From NCBI GenBank assembly GCA_035262365.1, contig DATFSZ010000114.1, forward strand, positions 3,951 to 67,950: a stretch of DNA of 64,000 nt, in the 5' to 3' direction. This stretch comes from Candidatus Binataceae bacterium (GTDB lineage Bacteria; Desulfobacterota; Binatia; Binatales; Binataceae). Below the pieces are notes generated by a model. That model was not told the DNA's origin. It saw nothing but the letters and a program-made list of their open reading frames with translations, and searched no databases. Below, in pieces: positions 39,579 to 49,667 of the stretch; position 1 is the stretch's first letter, and every line of letters begins with the position of its first letter. The position numbers and the translations under genes are program-made.

Positions 39579-40813
39579 CAGCGGCTCCCCTCGAACAGGC
39601 CCCGGATCGCCTGGGCCCGCAGGCCGTACCAGAAGGTGCGCGTCTCGCGCAGCGCGCGCTCGCGGGCGCCGGCCGCGACGGCAGCCAACGTCGGCCGGCA
39701 CTGGTCAAGCCGCTGAAGCTCGGCCGCCAACGCTTCGGCGTCATCCAGCGGACAGATCCATCCGTCCACGCCCTCGCGCACCGTGTCGATACTGGCCTCG
39801 GTGCGAAAAGCGACCACCGGAGTGCCGCCCGCCATCGCATCATAAAAGGCGCGCCCGAAGTCCGTGGTGCGATGCGGCATCGCGAACAGATGGCCCGCCG
39901 CGATGGCGCCATAAATCGCAGATCCAGGCGGCAAAGCCCCCTTGAGCGACACCCGATCGCCCACCTTCAGCCGCTCAATCATCACGTTCAACCGGCCGAT
40001 GGCCGGGCCTTCGCCGTAAATCCGGATTTCCACGCCGACGCCGCGCTGCTTGAGGATCGCAGCCGCGGTAATCAGGAACTCGAATCCCTTAAGCGCGCGC
40101 AGACGCGCGGCGCCCACCACGATTAACCGATCGCCGTCGAGGATCGAGCGCCGCTTGCGTTCAAAATCGCCCCGGGGGATCACGTCGCTCGCTTCATGGC
40201 CGGGCTGGCGAATCGCGATTGAGTTGCGCGCCGCCTGGCGGTAGCGGCGCACAGTGGCCGGGGTATGCATGAAGGTCAGCGAGGCGCTGGCCGCGCTGTC
40301 GCGCACGCGCCGATCCATGATGCGCAGCTGCCAGTCACGACGCATTCGCTGCAGCCGGCCGCTGGACATGCGGTTGTACTCCCATCCCAGCATGTCGACG
40401 AAATCCTCGGCGATTACGAACAGGGTCTTTTTGCCCAACTTGACCGCTTTGTCATGGGCGTAGGCCAGCGCCAGATAGGGCGGGAAGAAATTGCTGGTAT
40501 GCACCAGGTCGGCCCCGGCCACGGCGTCGCGCAGGACGCGCCGTATGCTGAGCCATTTGGGCAAATCGCGCGAGGTGCGGATAGCGCTAAAGCCGATGAA
40601 TTCGAATCCGTCGCCGCTGTTGACCGAGCCGGTTGCCGGGCCCCATCCGTGCAGCTCGGCCGCCGACACCTGCGGTGCGGCGATCGTGATCGGCCCGATG
40701 GAGTCGCGCAGACCTTGAAGGTCGCGCAGCCACAACGCGTCGAGTTCCACCGCTGCGGCGCTGCGCGCAAACGGGATGTGCGTCACCTGAAGGTAGCGGA
40801 TCGGCGCACTCAT
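39578..40813 (-). CDS. glycosyltransferase family 4
   Basis: GT-B C-terminal block GRAFYDAMAGGTPVVAF. 411 aa. ATGA overlap with the upstream gene. Confidence 0.8.
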   Translation of the reverse strand: MSAPIRYLQVTHIPFARSAAAVELDALWLRDLQGLRDSIGPITIAAPQVSAAELHGWGPATGSVNSGDGFEFIGFSAIRTSRDLPKWLSIRRVLRDAVAGADLVHTSNFFPPYLALAYAHDKAVKLGKKTLFVIAEDFVDMLGWEYNRMSSGRLQRMRRDWQLRIMDRRVRDSAASASLTFMHTPATVRRYRQAARNSIAIRQPGHEASDVIPRGDFERKRRSILDGDRLIVVGAARLRALKGFEFLITAAAILKQRGVGVEIRIYGEGPAIGRLNVMIERLKVGDRVSLKGALPPGSAIYGAIAAGHLFAMPHRTTDFGRAFYDAMAGGTPVVAFRTEASIDTVREGVDGWICPLDDAEALAAELQRLDQCRPTLAAVAAGARERALRETRTFWYGLRAQAIRGLFEGSR

Positions 40814-42129
40814 GGTTGCATCGCTCCTGAGCGAATCGTTGCGTGCGCGCCCGCCCTTAACATCGCGCCACCGGGCAAATCGCGGTACAGGCGCAAAGCC
40901 TGCTCAATCTTGGCGTCCCAACTGAAGTATCGCTCCGCGCGCCGGCGCCCTTCCTCGCCCTTGCGCCGCCATTGCTCGGGAGCGGCTGCGATCTCTTGCA
41001 GCGCGGCGGCGAAGGCTTGGCTGACCGCTTGCGGCCCTGCGGCGGGGGCCAGGCGCCCGACTTTTTCATCGACGATTTCCGCCGGACCGCCGAAGTCCAC
41101 CGCGATCACCGGGCGTGCGGAGGCCATCGCTTCGAGCAGCACCGCGCCGCCCGATTCTCGGATCGAGGGAAGGAAGAAAACATGCGCTGCCCGCATCCGT
41201 GCGGCGACTTCGTCCAGCCCCAGTGCGCCGCAAAACTCAACCCGATCGGCTACGCCGAGGCGGCCTGCGCAAGCTTCCCATTGCCGGCGCATCGGTCCGT
41301 CGCCCACTACGCTCAGGCGCACTTCGATTGTGTCGCGCACGGCGGCGATCGCCTCGAGCAGCATCGTCAGGCCTTTGAAGGGGACCAGGCGGCCGACGAA
41401 CAGCGCCTGCAGCGGCTGTCCCGCGCCCGGCGCGGGCGGCCATGGGGCTGCGCGAAAGCGCCCCAGGTCAACACCGTTTTCGAGCATCGGCACGCAGCGC
41501 GGGCGACAGCGCGGCGCGATACTGGCGGCGGTAGCGCGCGTTGCCACCAGGATCATCGCCGCGTTGCGCGTCGAGCCCGCAATCCAGTCGGCGGCGCGGC
41601 CGAAGTTGCGCAGCGGGTAGAGCCATGCCGAGTCCTGGCTTAGCACGGAGTGGAACGCCGCCGGCGTGCCGAGCCCGCTGTTGAGCGGCCCCAGCACCAG
41701 CGGGAGGCCCAATTGATGCAGCCGGGTTGCGGCAGCGGTGGTGACCGGCGTTACCGCGTGGACCAGGTCCCAACGCGCGCCGCGCGCGGCGCGCCGACGC
41801 GTCAAGTGCAACGCTTGGCGGTCGTAGGCGTAGAAATCGATCGACGCGAACATGAACACGGCATGCTCGCTGTTGCGAAACAGCCGCCGCGCGACTGCGA
41901 ACAGCGGGCGCGCCAACCATTCGGTATCGATATAGATCACCTCGGAATCGGCCAGCGGCGCTCCCGCGCGCGTAAGCGCCGGAGCATTGCGCACCTGGGT
42001 CAGCAAGGTGACCGGAGTCCGCCGCGCCAGTCGCTGGTACCATTCCCATCCAATCTGCGAGACCGAGCCCATCCCCGGACCGCATTGATAGGCCGACAGC
42101 AGGATGCGCGGATGACGCTCGGTGCTCAC
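40810..42129 (-). CDS. glycosyltransferase family 4
   Basis: GT-B C-terminal block [33 protein letters not shown]. The GTG start forms a GTGA overlap. Confidence 0.8.
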   Translation of the reverse strand: MSTERHPRILLSAYQCGPGMGSVSQIGWEWYQRLARRTPVTLLTQVRNAPALTRAGAPLADSEVIYIDTEWLARPLFAVARRLFRNSEHAVFMFASIDFYAYDRQALHLTRRRAARGARWDLVHAVTPVTTAAATRLHQLGLPLVLGPLNSGLGTPAAFHSVLSQDSAWLYPLRNFGRAADWIAGSTRNAAMILVATRATAASIAPRCRPRCVPMLENGVDLGRFRAAPWPPAPGAGQPLQALFVGRLVPFKGLTMLLEAIAAVRDTIEVRLSVVGDGPMRRQWEACAGRLGVADRVEFCGALGLDEVAARMRAAHVFFLPSIRESGGAVLLEAMASARPVIAVDFGGPAEIVDEKVGRLAPAAGPQAVSQAFAAALQEIAAAPEQWRRKGEEGRRRAERYFSWDAKIEQALRLYRDLPGGAMLRAGAHATIRSGAMQP

Positions 42130-42713
42130 ACTTTCTCCCTGTGCGGCAGCAGCTTTGCGGGGATACCCACCACGGTTGCGCCGGCCGGCACGTCGCGCGT
42201 AACCACCGCGTTGGCGCCGACGACGGCATTGGCGCCGATCGTCACGCCGGGCAAAACGGTCACGCCGCGGCCCAGCCAGGCGTTGCGTCCAATCCGAATC
42301 GGCGCCGCGTCGTGGCCCGTGTAGCGCACGGTTTGCTCCGGCGCCAGGCGATGGTTGGCGTCGCGGATGCTGGAGTATTCGCCGATCATCACGCCGGCTT
42401 CGATTTCAATGTGGGCGAATGAAACGATATGCACGCCGCGCGAGATCACCACGCCGTCGCCGATATGAATCGCGCCGTCTTCCTGTGTTTCCAGGTATAA
42501 CCCGCGGTAGAGGAACAGGTTGCGGCCGACCCGGATACGCGCCGAGCCGTGGATTTCGGCGACGCCCAGGATCACCACCGAGGGATCCACCGGCGCGCCG
42601 GTGCCGGCGGCCAGGCGCGCATGAGCCCAGGCCCGGCACAGCGGCTGGCCCACGCGTCGCGCGATGACCGCCGCCGGCGCCAGCGCGCGAACTGCGAGCG
42701 ACTTGGCATTCAT
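42126..42713 (-). CDS. hexapeptide-repeat acetyltransferase (WcaF/sugar O-acetyltransferase-like)
   Basis: I prefer the ATG at 42713 (ATGA overlap). LbH repeats: [47 protein letters not shown]. Confidence 0.75.
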   Translation of the reverse strand: MNAKSLAVRALAPAAVIARRVGQPLCRAWAHARLAAGTGAPVDPSVVILGVAEIHGSARIRVGRNLFLYRGLYLETQEDGAIHIGDGVVISRGVHIVSFAHIEIEAGVMIGEYSSIRDANHRLAPEQTVRYTGHDAAPIRIGRNAWLGRGVTVLPGVTIGANAVVGANAVVTRDVPAGATVVGIPAKLLPHREKV

Positions 42714-43774
42714 CCCCGACCGCTCCGTGAAAGCGGTTGGCCCGCGGGCGCTGCGCCGCCGGGCTCGCGCCCGCCGTCCTTGTATTCGATAAGACTCGCA
42801 ATCCGGCCGGCGCGCCGGTCGCGCCAGTAGCGGAGCTGACCGAACAGGATCGGGATCTGCTGCAAGTGGGAATGCAGCCCATAGAGCAGGCGGGTGGTGA
42901 AATCGGGCGACTTCCATCGCACGCGCTGCGCCGTGCGCAGCGCAAGCACAACCACGATTGCAGCCGCAGCCGCGATTGGCGCCATGGAGCGCATCGCCAG
43001 TGAAGCGGCCGGCGCGCCCGCGGCCACCGCCAGGAGCATCGCGCCGTGGACGCGGTTGCGCCGCGCCTCCGCCCGCCACAGATTGGTCCCGTCGGCGCCG
43101 AAGCGATCCGAGACCTCGGCGTACGCATAGCCGGCGCGCAGCGCGCGCCGCCAATATTGCGACCAGCGCGTCATCGCCAGGTCGTGACCGGTCATAGGCC
43201 GGTCAACGTGCAGGATCCGGTAGCCGTGGGCGCGGATGCGCTGGCACATTTCGGGCTCCTCGCCCGCGATCAGGCGCTCGTCAAAGCCGCCCACTTCCTG
43301 CAGAACGGTGCGGCGCATCAGCGCGTCGCCGCCGCAGAACTCGGAAACACCGGGCGGATAGATCCAGTCCAGATCGAGCACGCGGTTGAAGATCGAGTCG
43401 TGCGCGGCAAGCTCGCGTCGATGCCCCCACACCACCGCCAACCGAGGATCGGCGAAGTCGCTCAGCGAGGCGGCGACAAAATCCGCCGCGAGCAGCGTGT
43501 CGCCGTCCACGAACATCACGATCGGCGCCCTTGCCGAGCGCCATCCCGCGTTGCGGCCCACCGCGGCGCATGGCCGGGCGGGACGCACCGTGAGCACCCG
43601 GGCGCCCAGGGCGGCCGCGCGTTGCGGGCTGCCGTCGGTGGAGGCCGAATCGACATAGATCACCTCGACCCCGCCGGCGGGCGGGTTGATCGCGGCAACC
43701 GACTGCAAGCATCGCGTGAGCCGCTCACCCTCGTTGCGGCCGATGATCACGATCGAAACGGCCGGCCCGCTCAT
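42710..43774 (-). CDS. glycosyltransferase family 2
   Basis: I prefer the ATG at 43774 (ATGA overlap). Motifs: [14 protein letters not shown]...[10 protein letters not shown]...FVDGDT. Confidence 0.8.
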   Translation of the reverse strand: MSGPAVSIVIIGRNEGERLTRCLQSVAAINPPAGGVEVIYVDSASTDGSPQRAAALGARVLTVRPARPCAAVGRNAGWRSARAPIVMFVDGDTLLAADFVAASLSDFADPRLAVVWGHRRELAAHDSIFNRVLDLDWIYPPGVSEFCGGDALMRRTVLQEVGGFDERLIAGEEPEMCQRIRAHGYRILHVDRPMTGHDLAMTRWSQYWRRALRAGYAYAEVSDRFGADGTNLWRAEARRNRVHGAMLLAVAAGAPAASLAMRSMAPIAAAAAIVVVLALRTAQRVRWKSPDFTTRLLYGLHSHLQQIPILFGQLRYWRDRRAGRIASLIEYKDGGREPGGAAPAGQPLSRSGRG

Positions 43775-44844
43775 GGCGTGTCTCCGCGCAGGAGGCGGCG
43801 ATAGTCGGCGATCCGGGCCGCCGCCGAGAACCGGGTCGCGAGCGTGTGCCGCCCGCCGCGCACAACGCTGTTGAGCAGATCGGGATGGGCCCCTGCCAGT
43901 TCGACCAGCCGCGCGGCCAGCGAGCCGCAATCATCGGCGCGAAAGCGAAAGCCGCTGACCCCGTCCTCGACCAGGTCTCCCGCGCCGCCGCGGTCCGGCA
44001 CCAGCGCCGGAACCCCGGCCGCCATTGCTTCGAGGATCGCCACGCCGAAGGGCTCGGTGGGACACAGATGCACCAGCAGGTCGGAGGCGGCCAGACGCGC
44101 TTGCACGTTGGGTTGAAATCCCTCGATCCTGATTTGCGGATGAGTGGCGGCGGCACGCGCGCGCAGCGCCTCGATATCGTAGCCGCTGCCCAGCACCTCG
44201 ACGCTCAGGGTGCGCAGCGCCGGCTCGCGATCGAAGGCGTCGAGCAGTAGATCGACGCGCTTTTGCGGATCCAGGCGCGAGACCACCAGCAACCGCCGCA
44301 CGCCGGCGCGGCAAAAAGGCGCGCGCCGCGGCGCCGCGGCCAACTGGGTGTCGGGCAGAAAATTCTCGATTACCCGGATTGTAGAGGCGGCGACGCCGTT
44401 GGCCACCAGGCGCGCGCGCACGAAGCACGACACTGCCACGAAAACCACGCCCAGGCGGTTGAGGCGGCGCTTGCGGCCGTAGCTGTCGCGTTCATCGGCG
44501 CCGCCGTGGACGACGTGCAGATGCGGCAGGCGGCGATGCCACAGCGTGCTCCACGCCGCGGCGGCCAGCGAATGAATCACGCCGGTGGCGATGAAGGCCA
44601 GGCGCCGGTTGCGGGCGAAATACGGCATCAGTTTCATCGCCACGTCCCGTGCGCCGCCAAATGGCACCGCGCCGAAGCCCATACGGGCCGCCTCGCGCAG
44701 CGCCGGGCCGGGCGGCGCAAAGATCGTGACCGCGAACTCATCGGCCACGCCCGCCGCGGTTGCCAACGCCATGCGCTCGGTCCCGTACAGATTGCCGCTG
44801 TGCAGGACGTATAAAAGCGGCACGCCGCCATTATTCGGCCTCAT
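43771..44844 (-). CDS. glycosyltransferase family 4
   Basis: LLYVLHSGNLYGTERMAL at the N-terminus and CPTEPFGVAILEAMAAGVPALV in the C-terminal half. Confidence 0.8.
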   Translation of the reverse strand: MRPNNGGVPLLYVLHSGNLYGTERMALATAAGVADEFAVTIFAPPGPALREAARMGFGAVPFGGARDVAMKLMPYFARNRRLAFIATGVIHSLAAAAWSTLWHRRLPHLHVVHGGADERDSYGRKRRLNRLGVVFVAVSCFVRARLVANGVAASTIRVIENFLPDTQLAAAPRRAPFCRAGVRRLLVVSRLDPQKRVDLLLDAFDREPALRTLSVEVLGSGYDIEALRARAAATHPQIRIEGFQPNVQARLAASDLLVHLCPTEPFGVAILEAMAAGVPALVPDRGGAGDLVEDGVSGFRFRADDCGSLAARLVELAGAHPDLLNSVVRGGRHTLATRFSAAARIADYRRLLRGDTP

Positions 44845-46993
44845 GCCAAAACCATCGCGCCAGGCGCTCCACCGGGAGTCCCAGCGGCAGCACCGACGCG
44901 CTTGCCTCGCGCCCGTCGCCCGCCTCGTGGCCCATACGGCTCAGCACGGCGCCGACCACCGGCGGCGACAGCCGTTCCAAAAGCCGCACGGCGCGCCGCA
45001 CCACGGGGGCGTACTCGCGCGCCATCACCACCAGGATCAAGGCGGCGGGCAGACCGATCAGCATCTCGGATTCCGAGGAATCGAGCAGCGGCGGGGCGTC
45101 GATCAGCGCCAGGTCGCAGCTCTCTGCCATCCGGTCGAACAGGCCGCGCAGGTCGTTCAGCTTCCACACCCGATGGAAGTCGAAGGCGTTGCCCAGCGGC
45201 ATCCGCTCCGGCAGATCGCCCGCGGGCGGAACCAGCGCTTCCTTGAGCGTCGCGCTGCCCGCCAGCGCTTCGATCAGGCCCGGCGCCGATGACGACAATC
45301 GGTAGCGTTTATCTACATGCTCGACGTTGGCCTCGACCGCGACGGCCTTGACGCCCAGCGCCGAGATCTCGCGCGCCAGGTCCAGCACCAGGGTGCTGAC
45401 GCCCGCGCCGCAGTGGCATCCGCTGAGCACGAACAGCCGGGTGCCCGAGGCGCGCCGCTCGCGCGCGATGGCGAGCGCAATATGCCTTATCAGGTCGCGT
45501 CCGCGGACGGTCAGCCGCTCGCTGTCGTCAAGGGTGACGCCCAGGGGCGGGAATTCCAAAATCCGATGCAGCTCGCCGGCGCTCAGCACGCGCGGGTCGA
45601 GGTAATCGATCGCGACCGGAAGCGTGGCGCCCAGCCCCACCCCCGCGATCGCGAAGATCAAAAAGAGCTTGGTGCGTCCGCCCTTGACCGGAATATCCGG
45701 CGCCCGCGCGGCCGAGGCCAGCCGCACGAATCCGGGCGCTTTGGTTTCCAGGGTCAGGAAGTTGATGCGGTCGTCGATCTCGTCGATCTGCTTGCGTGCG
45801 CGGTCGCTTTGGGAGCGCAGATTGAGCGCTTCGTTGTAGCGGTTGGCGAACTCGGCGACCTGGCCGCGCAGCGTTTCCAGTTGCGCCGCCAGCCCCGCCT
45901 CCGTGCGCCGGGTCTGCTCGACCTGGGCCTGCGCCTGCGACAGCTCCTCCTTGGCCTTGTTCGCCCGCCCTTGCAGCAGCATCGCGCGGATCCGCTCCAG
46001 CGCCTGCGCCGTCATCCGGGACAGTTCGCGATCGATATCGGCGAGTTCCGCCATCAGCGCCGCGCGCCCCGGATGGCCGGGCGCCAGGCCGCGCAGTTGC
46101 AGGAACACCGCCGCCTTGCGCCGGTAAAGCTCGGTGCGCAGGTCGCCCAGCGCGCGATCATTGGCCAGCACCTCCTGCGCCTGCGATTCGACCTGCAAGT
46201 CCGAGATGCGCTTGACGTGCGACTCCAGGGCGGCCTCCTTGGCCTCCGCGTCGATACGCTGGCGGCGCGCGACGTTGAGCGCCTCGTTGGCGTCCACCAG
46301 CTCCTTGTCGTAGGGGTTGATGAATTTCTCCTCGAAGGTCGAGATGCCCAGTTCCTGGCCAATCTCGGCCTGGCGCTGAGCGGCGTCCTTGATTTGGCTT
46401 TCGAGATCCTTGCGCCGCTCCTGCAGGAGCAGGATTCGGCGATCGCTGCCGTAGAGTTCCTGGCTTTGCTGGCGCTCCAGGTAGGCGGCCGCCACGGCGT
46501 TGACGACATCGGCCAAGCCCTGGCGCTGTTGCGCTTCCAGACTCAGTGTTACCAGGTAGGTGTCGGGCACCGGATGAACCGCCAGCGCGCTCATCAGGCG
46601 CTCGGCCGCGCGCCGGTCGGTTTCGCCGCGACGCTGCCACAGCCAACGCCGGGCGCCCAGGCGCGCCAGCGCCGCCTGCGCGGTCTCGTAGCTGTCGATA
46701 TCGACCACCTGCTGCTGTACGTATTCGCGGTAATCGGAGTTGGAATTAAACCGCAGCTCAACGTCTTCCTGGAGCGTCTTGCTGAACACCGGAGAGATCC
46801 GAATGGCCGCCTCCGCCATGTACGTGGGCGTGCCCTTGAGCGCCGCCACCATCGCTCCCAGCATGATCATCACTGCCGCCGTGGCGCCCGCGGCCCATCG
46901 ATGCCGCCTGAGGCTGGCTGCCGGTGCGATCTTGCGGCCCGGTGCCGCGGTGACTGCCTGCGAGGTCGCCGATCCGGTAAATGCGGCATTCAA
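44831..46993 (-). CDS. polysaccharide co-polymerase (Wzz/Wzc-like chain-length determinant) with degenerate C-terminal P-loop domain
   Basis: Track ORF 44831..47557. The part upstream of 46993 overlaps wzx, and the start is uncertain (the TTG at 46993 makes a TTGA overlap). It has a TM segment (AAVMIMLGAMVAAL), a long coiled-coil region and a second TM. After those come VLSGCHCGAGVST in the Walker A position (no Lys) and LALIDAPPLL (Walker B-like). Confidence 0.7.
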   Translation of the reverse strand: MNAAFTGSATSQAVTAAPGRKIAPAASLRRHRWAAGATAAVMIMLGAMVAALKGTPTYMAEAAIRISPVFSKTLQEDVELRFNSNSDYREYVQQQVVDIDSYETAQAALARLGARRWLWQRRGETDRRAAERLMSALAVHPVPDTYLVTLSLEAQQRQGLADVVNAVAAAYLERQQSQELYGSDRRILLLQERRKDLESQIKDAAQRQAEIGQELGISTFEEKFINPYDKELVDANEALNVARRQRIDAEAKEAALESHVKRISDLQVESQAQEVLANDRALGDLRTELYRRKAAVFLQLRGLAPGHPGRAALMAELADIDRELSRMTAQALERIRAMLLQGRANKAKEELSQAQAQVEQTRRTEAGLAAQLETLRGQVAEFANRYNEALNLRSQSDRARKQIDEIDDRINFLTLETKAPGFVRLASAARAPDIPVKGGRTKLFLIFAIAGVGLGATLPVAIDYLDPRVLSAGELHRILEFPPLGVTLDDSERLTVRGRDLIRHIALAIARERRASGTRLFVLSGCHCGAGVSTLVLDLAREISALGVKAVAVEANVEHVDKRYRLSSSAPGLIEALAGSATLKEALVPPAGDLPERMPLGNAFDFHRVWKLNDLRGLFDRMAESCDLALIDAPPLLDSSESEMLIGLPAALILVVMAREYAPVVRRAVRLLERLSPPVVGAVLSRMGHEAGDGREASASVLPLGLPVERLARWFWHEAE

Positions 46994-48603
46994 GCCTCGC
47001 CTCCGCGCAGCGCCGGAACCAGACGCGCGAGATGCTGCCGAATGACCGCGCCAAACCAGTAGCGCTCGCCCGGTTCCAGAACGCTCAGGCTGACCACCGC
47101 CACCAGCACGGCCGAATACAGCGCTCCGACCAGCGTCATCAGGGCGGCACCGCCCCAGCGGCTGGTATGCGCGACGCCGTAGTAGGCGGGAATCGCGAAG
47201 AGCAATCCCACCAGGTAGGGAACCAATCCTGGTATCACTACGAATTCCAGGTAGCGGCGGCCCGGAATGGCCAGCAGATGGTTGGCCCAGCAGATGAAGA
47301 TGATCGCCGATACCACCGTCGCCGCCGCGACCGCCGATCCCAGTCCGACTACCGTCCAGCGGCCGGCGATGATCCACGACGCGGGCACCGCCATCGCCAG
47401 CACCGCGAGGTTGCCCAGCGAGTAGACGAATTCCTGACCCGGGCGGCCCATCCCGCGCAGCATCGAGGTGCCCGGCGCGGTCATCAGATGGACCTGCGTG
47501 GAGACACAGAACACCACCATCAGGAGCGCCGTCCCCGGATACAGCTTGCCCATCCAAACCAGCAGGATGGGCACCGGCGAGGTGGCCAGCAATCCGCAGA
47601 TGTAGGCCGCCGACAGGTTCATGTAGCGCGCGCCCTTTAGATAGAGCTTGGCCATCGCCTCGCGTCCCTCATCGGTGCCTTCCAGTCCGCCGTGCAGATA
47701 TGAGGCCGCCGGCATGAAGGCGGTGGCGAACGCGCTGGGCACCGAGGCCGCCATCGCTGGCAGCTTCTTGCCAATATCGAGCAGGCCGGCCGCGTCCAGC
47801 CCAATCAGCGGCGCGGCGATCGCACGCTCGATCGAGTTAAGTCCGATGGCCAGCAGTCCCTGCAGCTGCGTGATGCCGCCGAAGCTCATCAGCACCGCGG
47901 CCGCCTCTCGCGAGCATTTAAACGGCGACAGCGAAAGCCAGTGGAGCTTGCGATGCGCGACGGCGGCGGACAGCGCGTTGGCCAGCAGGGTGCGGATCAC
48001 GAAGGCGTAGGCCAGACCGCGGATACCGTAGCCGGCGCCCACCAACGCGAAGATGAGCGCCGTCTCCACCAGATAAGAGATCGCCCAGATGGTCTGGACT
48101 TCCGCCGTGCGCTGGCATCCGGAGAGCGCGTCGTCAAAGCAGCACAGCGCCAGGTCGAGCAGGAAGATCGCAACTACGCTCAGCACCACCATCCGGGCGT
48201 CGGCCTGCAGCGCGGGCGGCACCTTGAGCAGCACGATCACGCGGGGCAGACACAGCGCCATCAGGGTGAACAGCACAAGCGCGATAGTCAAAGTGGCGGT
48301 GACCCCGGTTGAAAGCAGGGCGTTGGCCTTACCCGGCTGGCCGCGCGACATATACTGCGCGATATACTTCACGTAGGCATTGGAAACTCCCAGGGTGGAC
48401 ATGCCTACGTAGGAGACCAGGATAAAAACCGTGGCCCACAGGCCGTAGGCCTCCATGCCGATATGGGCGACTACGAAGGGCGGGATGAAGAAGCGCGAGA
48501 GCAGGTAGCCGACGCGCGCCGCGACGTCGACGCCGACGTTGCGCGACAGCGCCTCGCGCACCGTGGCGGCGTGGCCTTGGGGGGCCGCCGGCGGCGTGCT
48601 CAT
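46990..48603 (-). CDS. wzx: oligosaccharide flippase (Wzx, MOP superfamily)
   Basis: 537-aa polytopic ORF with a typical polysaccharide-biosynthesis-protein N-terminus (NVGVDVAARVGYLLSRFFIPPFVVAHIG). ATGA overlap with wza. Confidence 0.8.
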   Translation of the reverse strand: MSTPPAAPQGHAATVREALSRNVGVDVAARVGYLLSRFFIPPFVVAHIGMEAYGLWATVFILVSYVGMSTLGVSNAYVKYIAQYMSRGQPGKANALLSTGVTATLTIALVLFTLMALCLPRVIVLLKVPPALQADARMVVLSVVAIFLLDLALCCFDDALSGCQRTAEVQTIWAISYLVETALIFALVGAGYGIRGLAYAFVIRTLLANALSAAVAHRKLHWLSLSPFKCSREAAAVLMSFGGITQLQGLLAIGLNSIERAIAAPLIGLDAAGLLDIGKKLPAMAASVPSAFATAFMPAASYLHGGLEGTDEGREAMAKLYLKGARYMNLSAAYICGLLATSPVPILLVWMGKLYPGTALLMVVFCVSTQVHLMTAPGTSMLRGMGRPGQEFVYSLGNLAVLAMAVPASWIIAGRWTVVGLGSAVAAATVVSAIIFICWANHLLAIPGRRYLEFVVIPGLVPYLVGLLFAIPAYYGVAHTSRWGGAALMTLVGALYSAVLVAVVSLSVLEPGERYWFGAVIRQHLARLVPALRGGEA

Positions 48604-49655
48604 TTGAACATCCCCACCGCGAACAGCATGGTCTGGGTCACCGGCGTGAACTGCGACAGGAAGTACCCGACCTTGGCCATCCGGCTTTGCGGCACATAGA
48701 TGACGTCGCCTTCCTCCAGCATGTAGTTGTGCTCGCCGCGCGCGCGCAGGTACTCGTTGATGTCGATGGTTTTCTGCACGCCGATCGAGGGGCGCGCCAG
48801 CACCACGCGGTTGCGGGCGCCGTTGACGGTAAGGCCGCCGGCCTGCGCCACCGCGTCCATGAACGACATGTCGGGAGTCAGCCGGTAGGCGCCCGGCTTG
48901 TTGACCTCGCCCATCACGTAGATCAGCTGGTCGTCGGCGTCGGGTATATAGATGATGTCGCCGCGGCGCATTCTGATGTTGAGGCTCAGGTCGCGGCCCT
49001 TGAGCAGAGCCTTTAGATTGATCCAGACGATCTCGTGGCGTCCGCGGAAGATCGCGCAGCGGTTGAGCGCCGCCTTGTCCGCGCCGACCCCGCCCACCGG
49101 CAGCGTGCCGGCCTCGGCCAGCGCGTCCAGCAGATGCAGCGGGCCGCTGAAATGGATGGTCCCGGGCTTGCTGACGCGCCCCAGCACCAGCACCGAGTTG
49201 CTGGCATAGCTCTGCACCTCAACCGTGGCCACCGGATCCAGGTAGTCGGTGGCCAGCGCGCGGCTGAGCTGCGCTCCGGCCTGGTCGGGCGTCAGGTAGG
49301 CCAGTTGCTGCGATCCTACAACTGGCAGCGATATCCTACCATCGGGACCGATTGTATGTTTGCCCGACAAGTCCTCATGCCCCCAGACGGTCACGTTGAC
49401 TTCGTCGCCGGGACCGATCGTATAGGGCCCCGCCGAAACGCCGGTTTCGAATTGCTGCAAAGCCCGCTGGGCGTCGAATGGAGCCGCCTCATGGCGCTGG
49501 GCGGCCTGGAAGGCGCGGTAGTCGTCGGAGGGCACATCGGACAGGCGTGCACTGGAACAGGAGATCGCGGCGACGGCCATCAGGCACAGTCCCGCGGCCC
49601 ACGCGCTTGCGGCGCTCAGCGGTTGTAAAAAACGCACAACTTGACTGCGTCGCAT
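48600..49655 (-). CDS. wza: polysaccharide export outer-membrane lipoprotein (Wza family)
   Basis: Track ORF 48600..50006. I prefer the ATG at 49655 (MRRSQVVRFLQPLSAASAWAAGLCLMAVAAISC, lipoprotein signal). Poly_export/SLBB-like body: YTIGPGDEVNVTVWGHEDLSG...GDIIYIP...GDVIYVPQS. Confidence 0.8.
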   Translation of the reverse strand: MRRSQVVRFLQPLSAASAWAAGLCLMAVAAISCSSARLSDVPSDDYRAFQAAQRHEAAPFDAQRALQQFETGVSAGPYTIGPGDEVNVTVWGHEDLSGKHTIGPDGRISLPVVGSQQLAYLTPDQAGAQLSRALATDYLDPVATVEVQSYASNSVLVLGRVSKPGTIHFSGPLHLLDALAEAGTLPVGGVGADKAALNRCAIFRGRHEIVWINLKALLKGRDLSLNIRMRRGDIIYIPDADDQLIYVMGEVNKPGAYRLTPDMSFMDAVAQAGGLTVNGARNRVVLARPSIGVQKTIDINEYLRARGEHNYMLEEGDVIYVPQSRMAKVGYFLSQFTPVTQTMLFAVGMFK

Positions 49656-49667
49656 TGCGCGGTGAGG

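Noticed and set aside
45317-47062. 581-aa plus-strand ORF, the longest of many long antisense ORFs. Others include 12864..13778, 35296..36189, 40265..41620, 53171..54655 and 58052..59284.
   Set aside because: Each lies antisense to a gene with clear family motifs. Their translations are Arg/Gly/Ala/Pro-rich with no recognisable domain. Long open antisense frames are expected in high-GC DNA.
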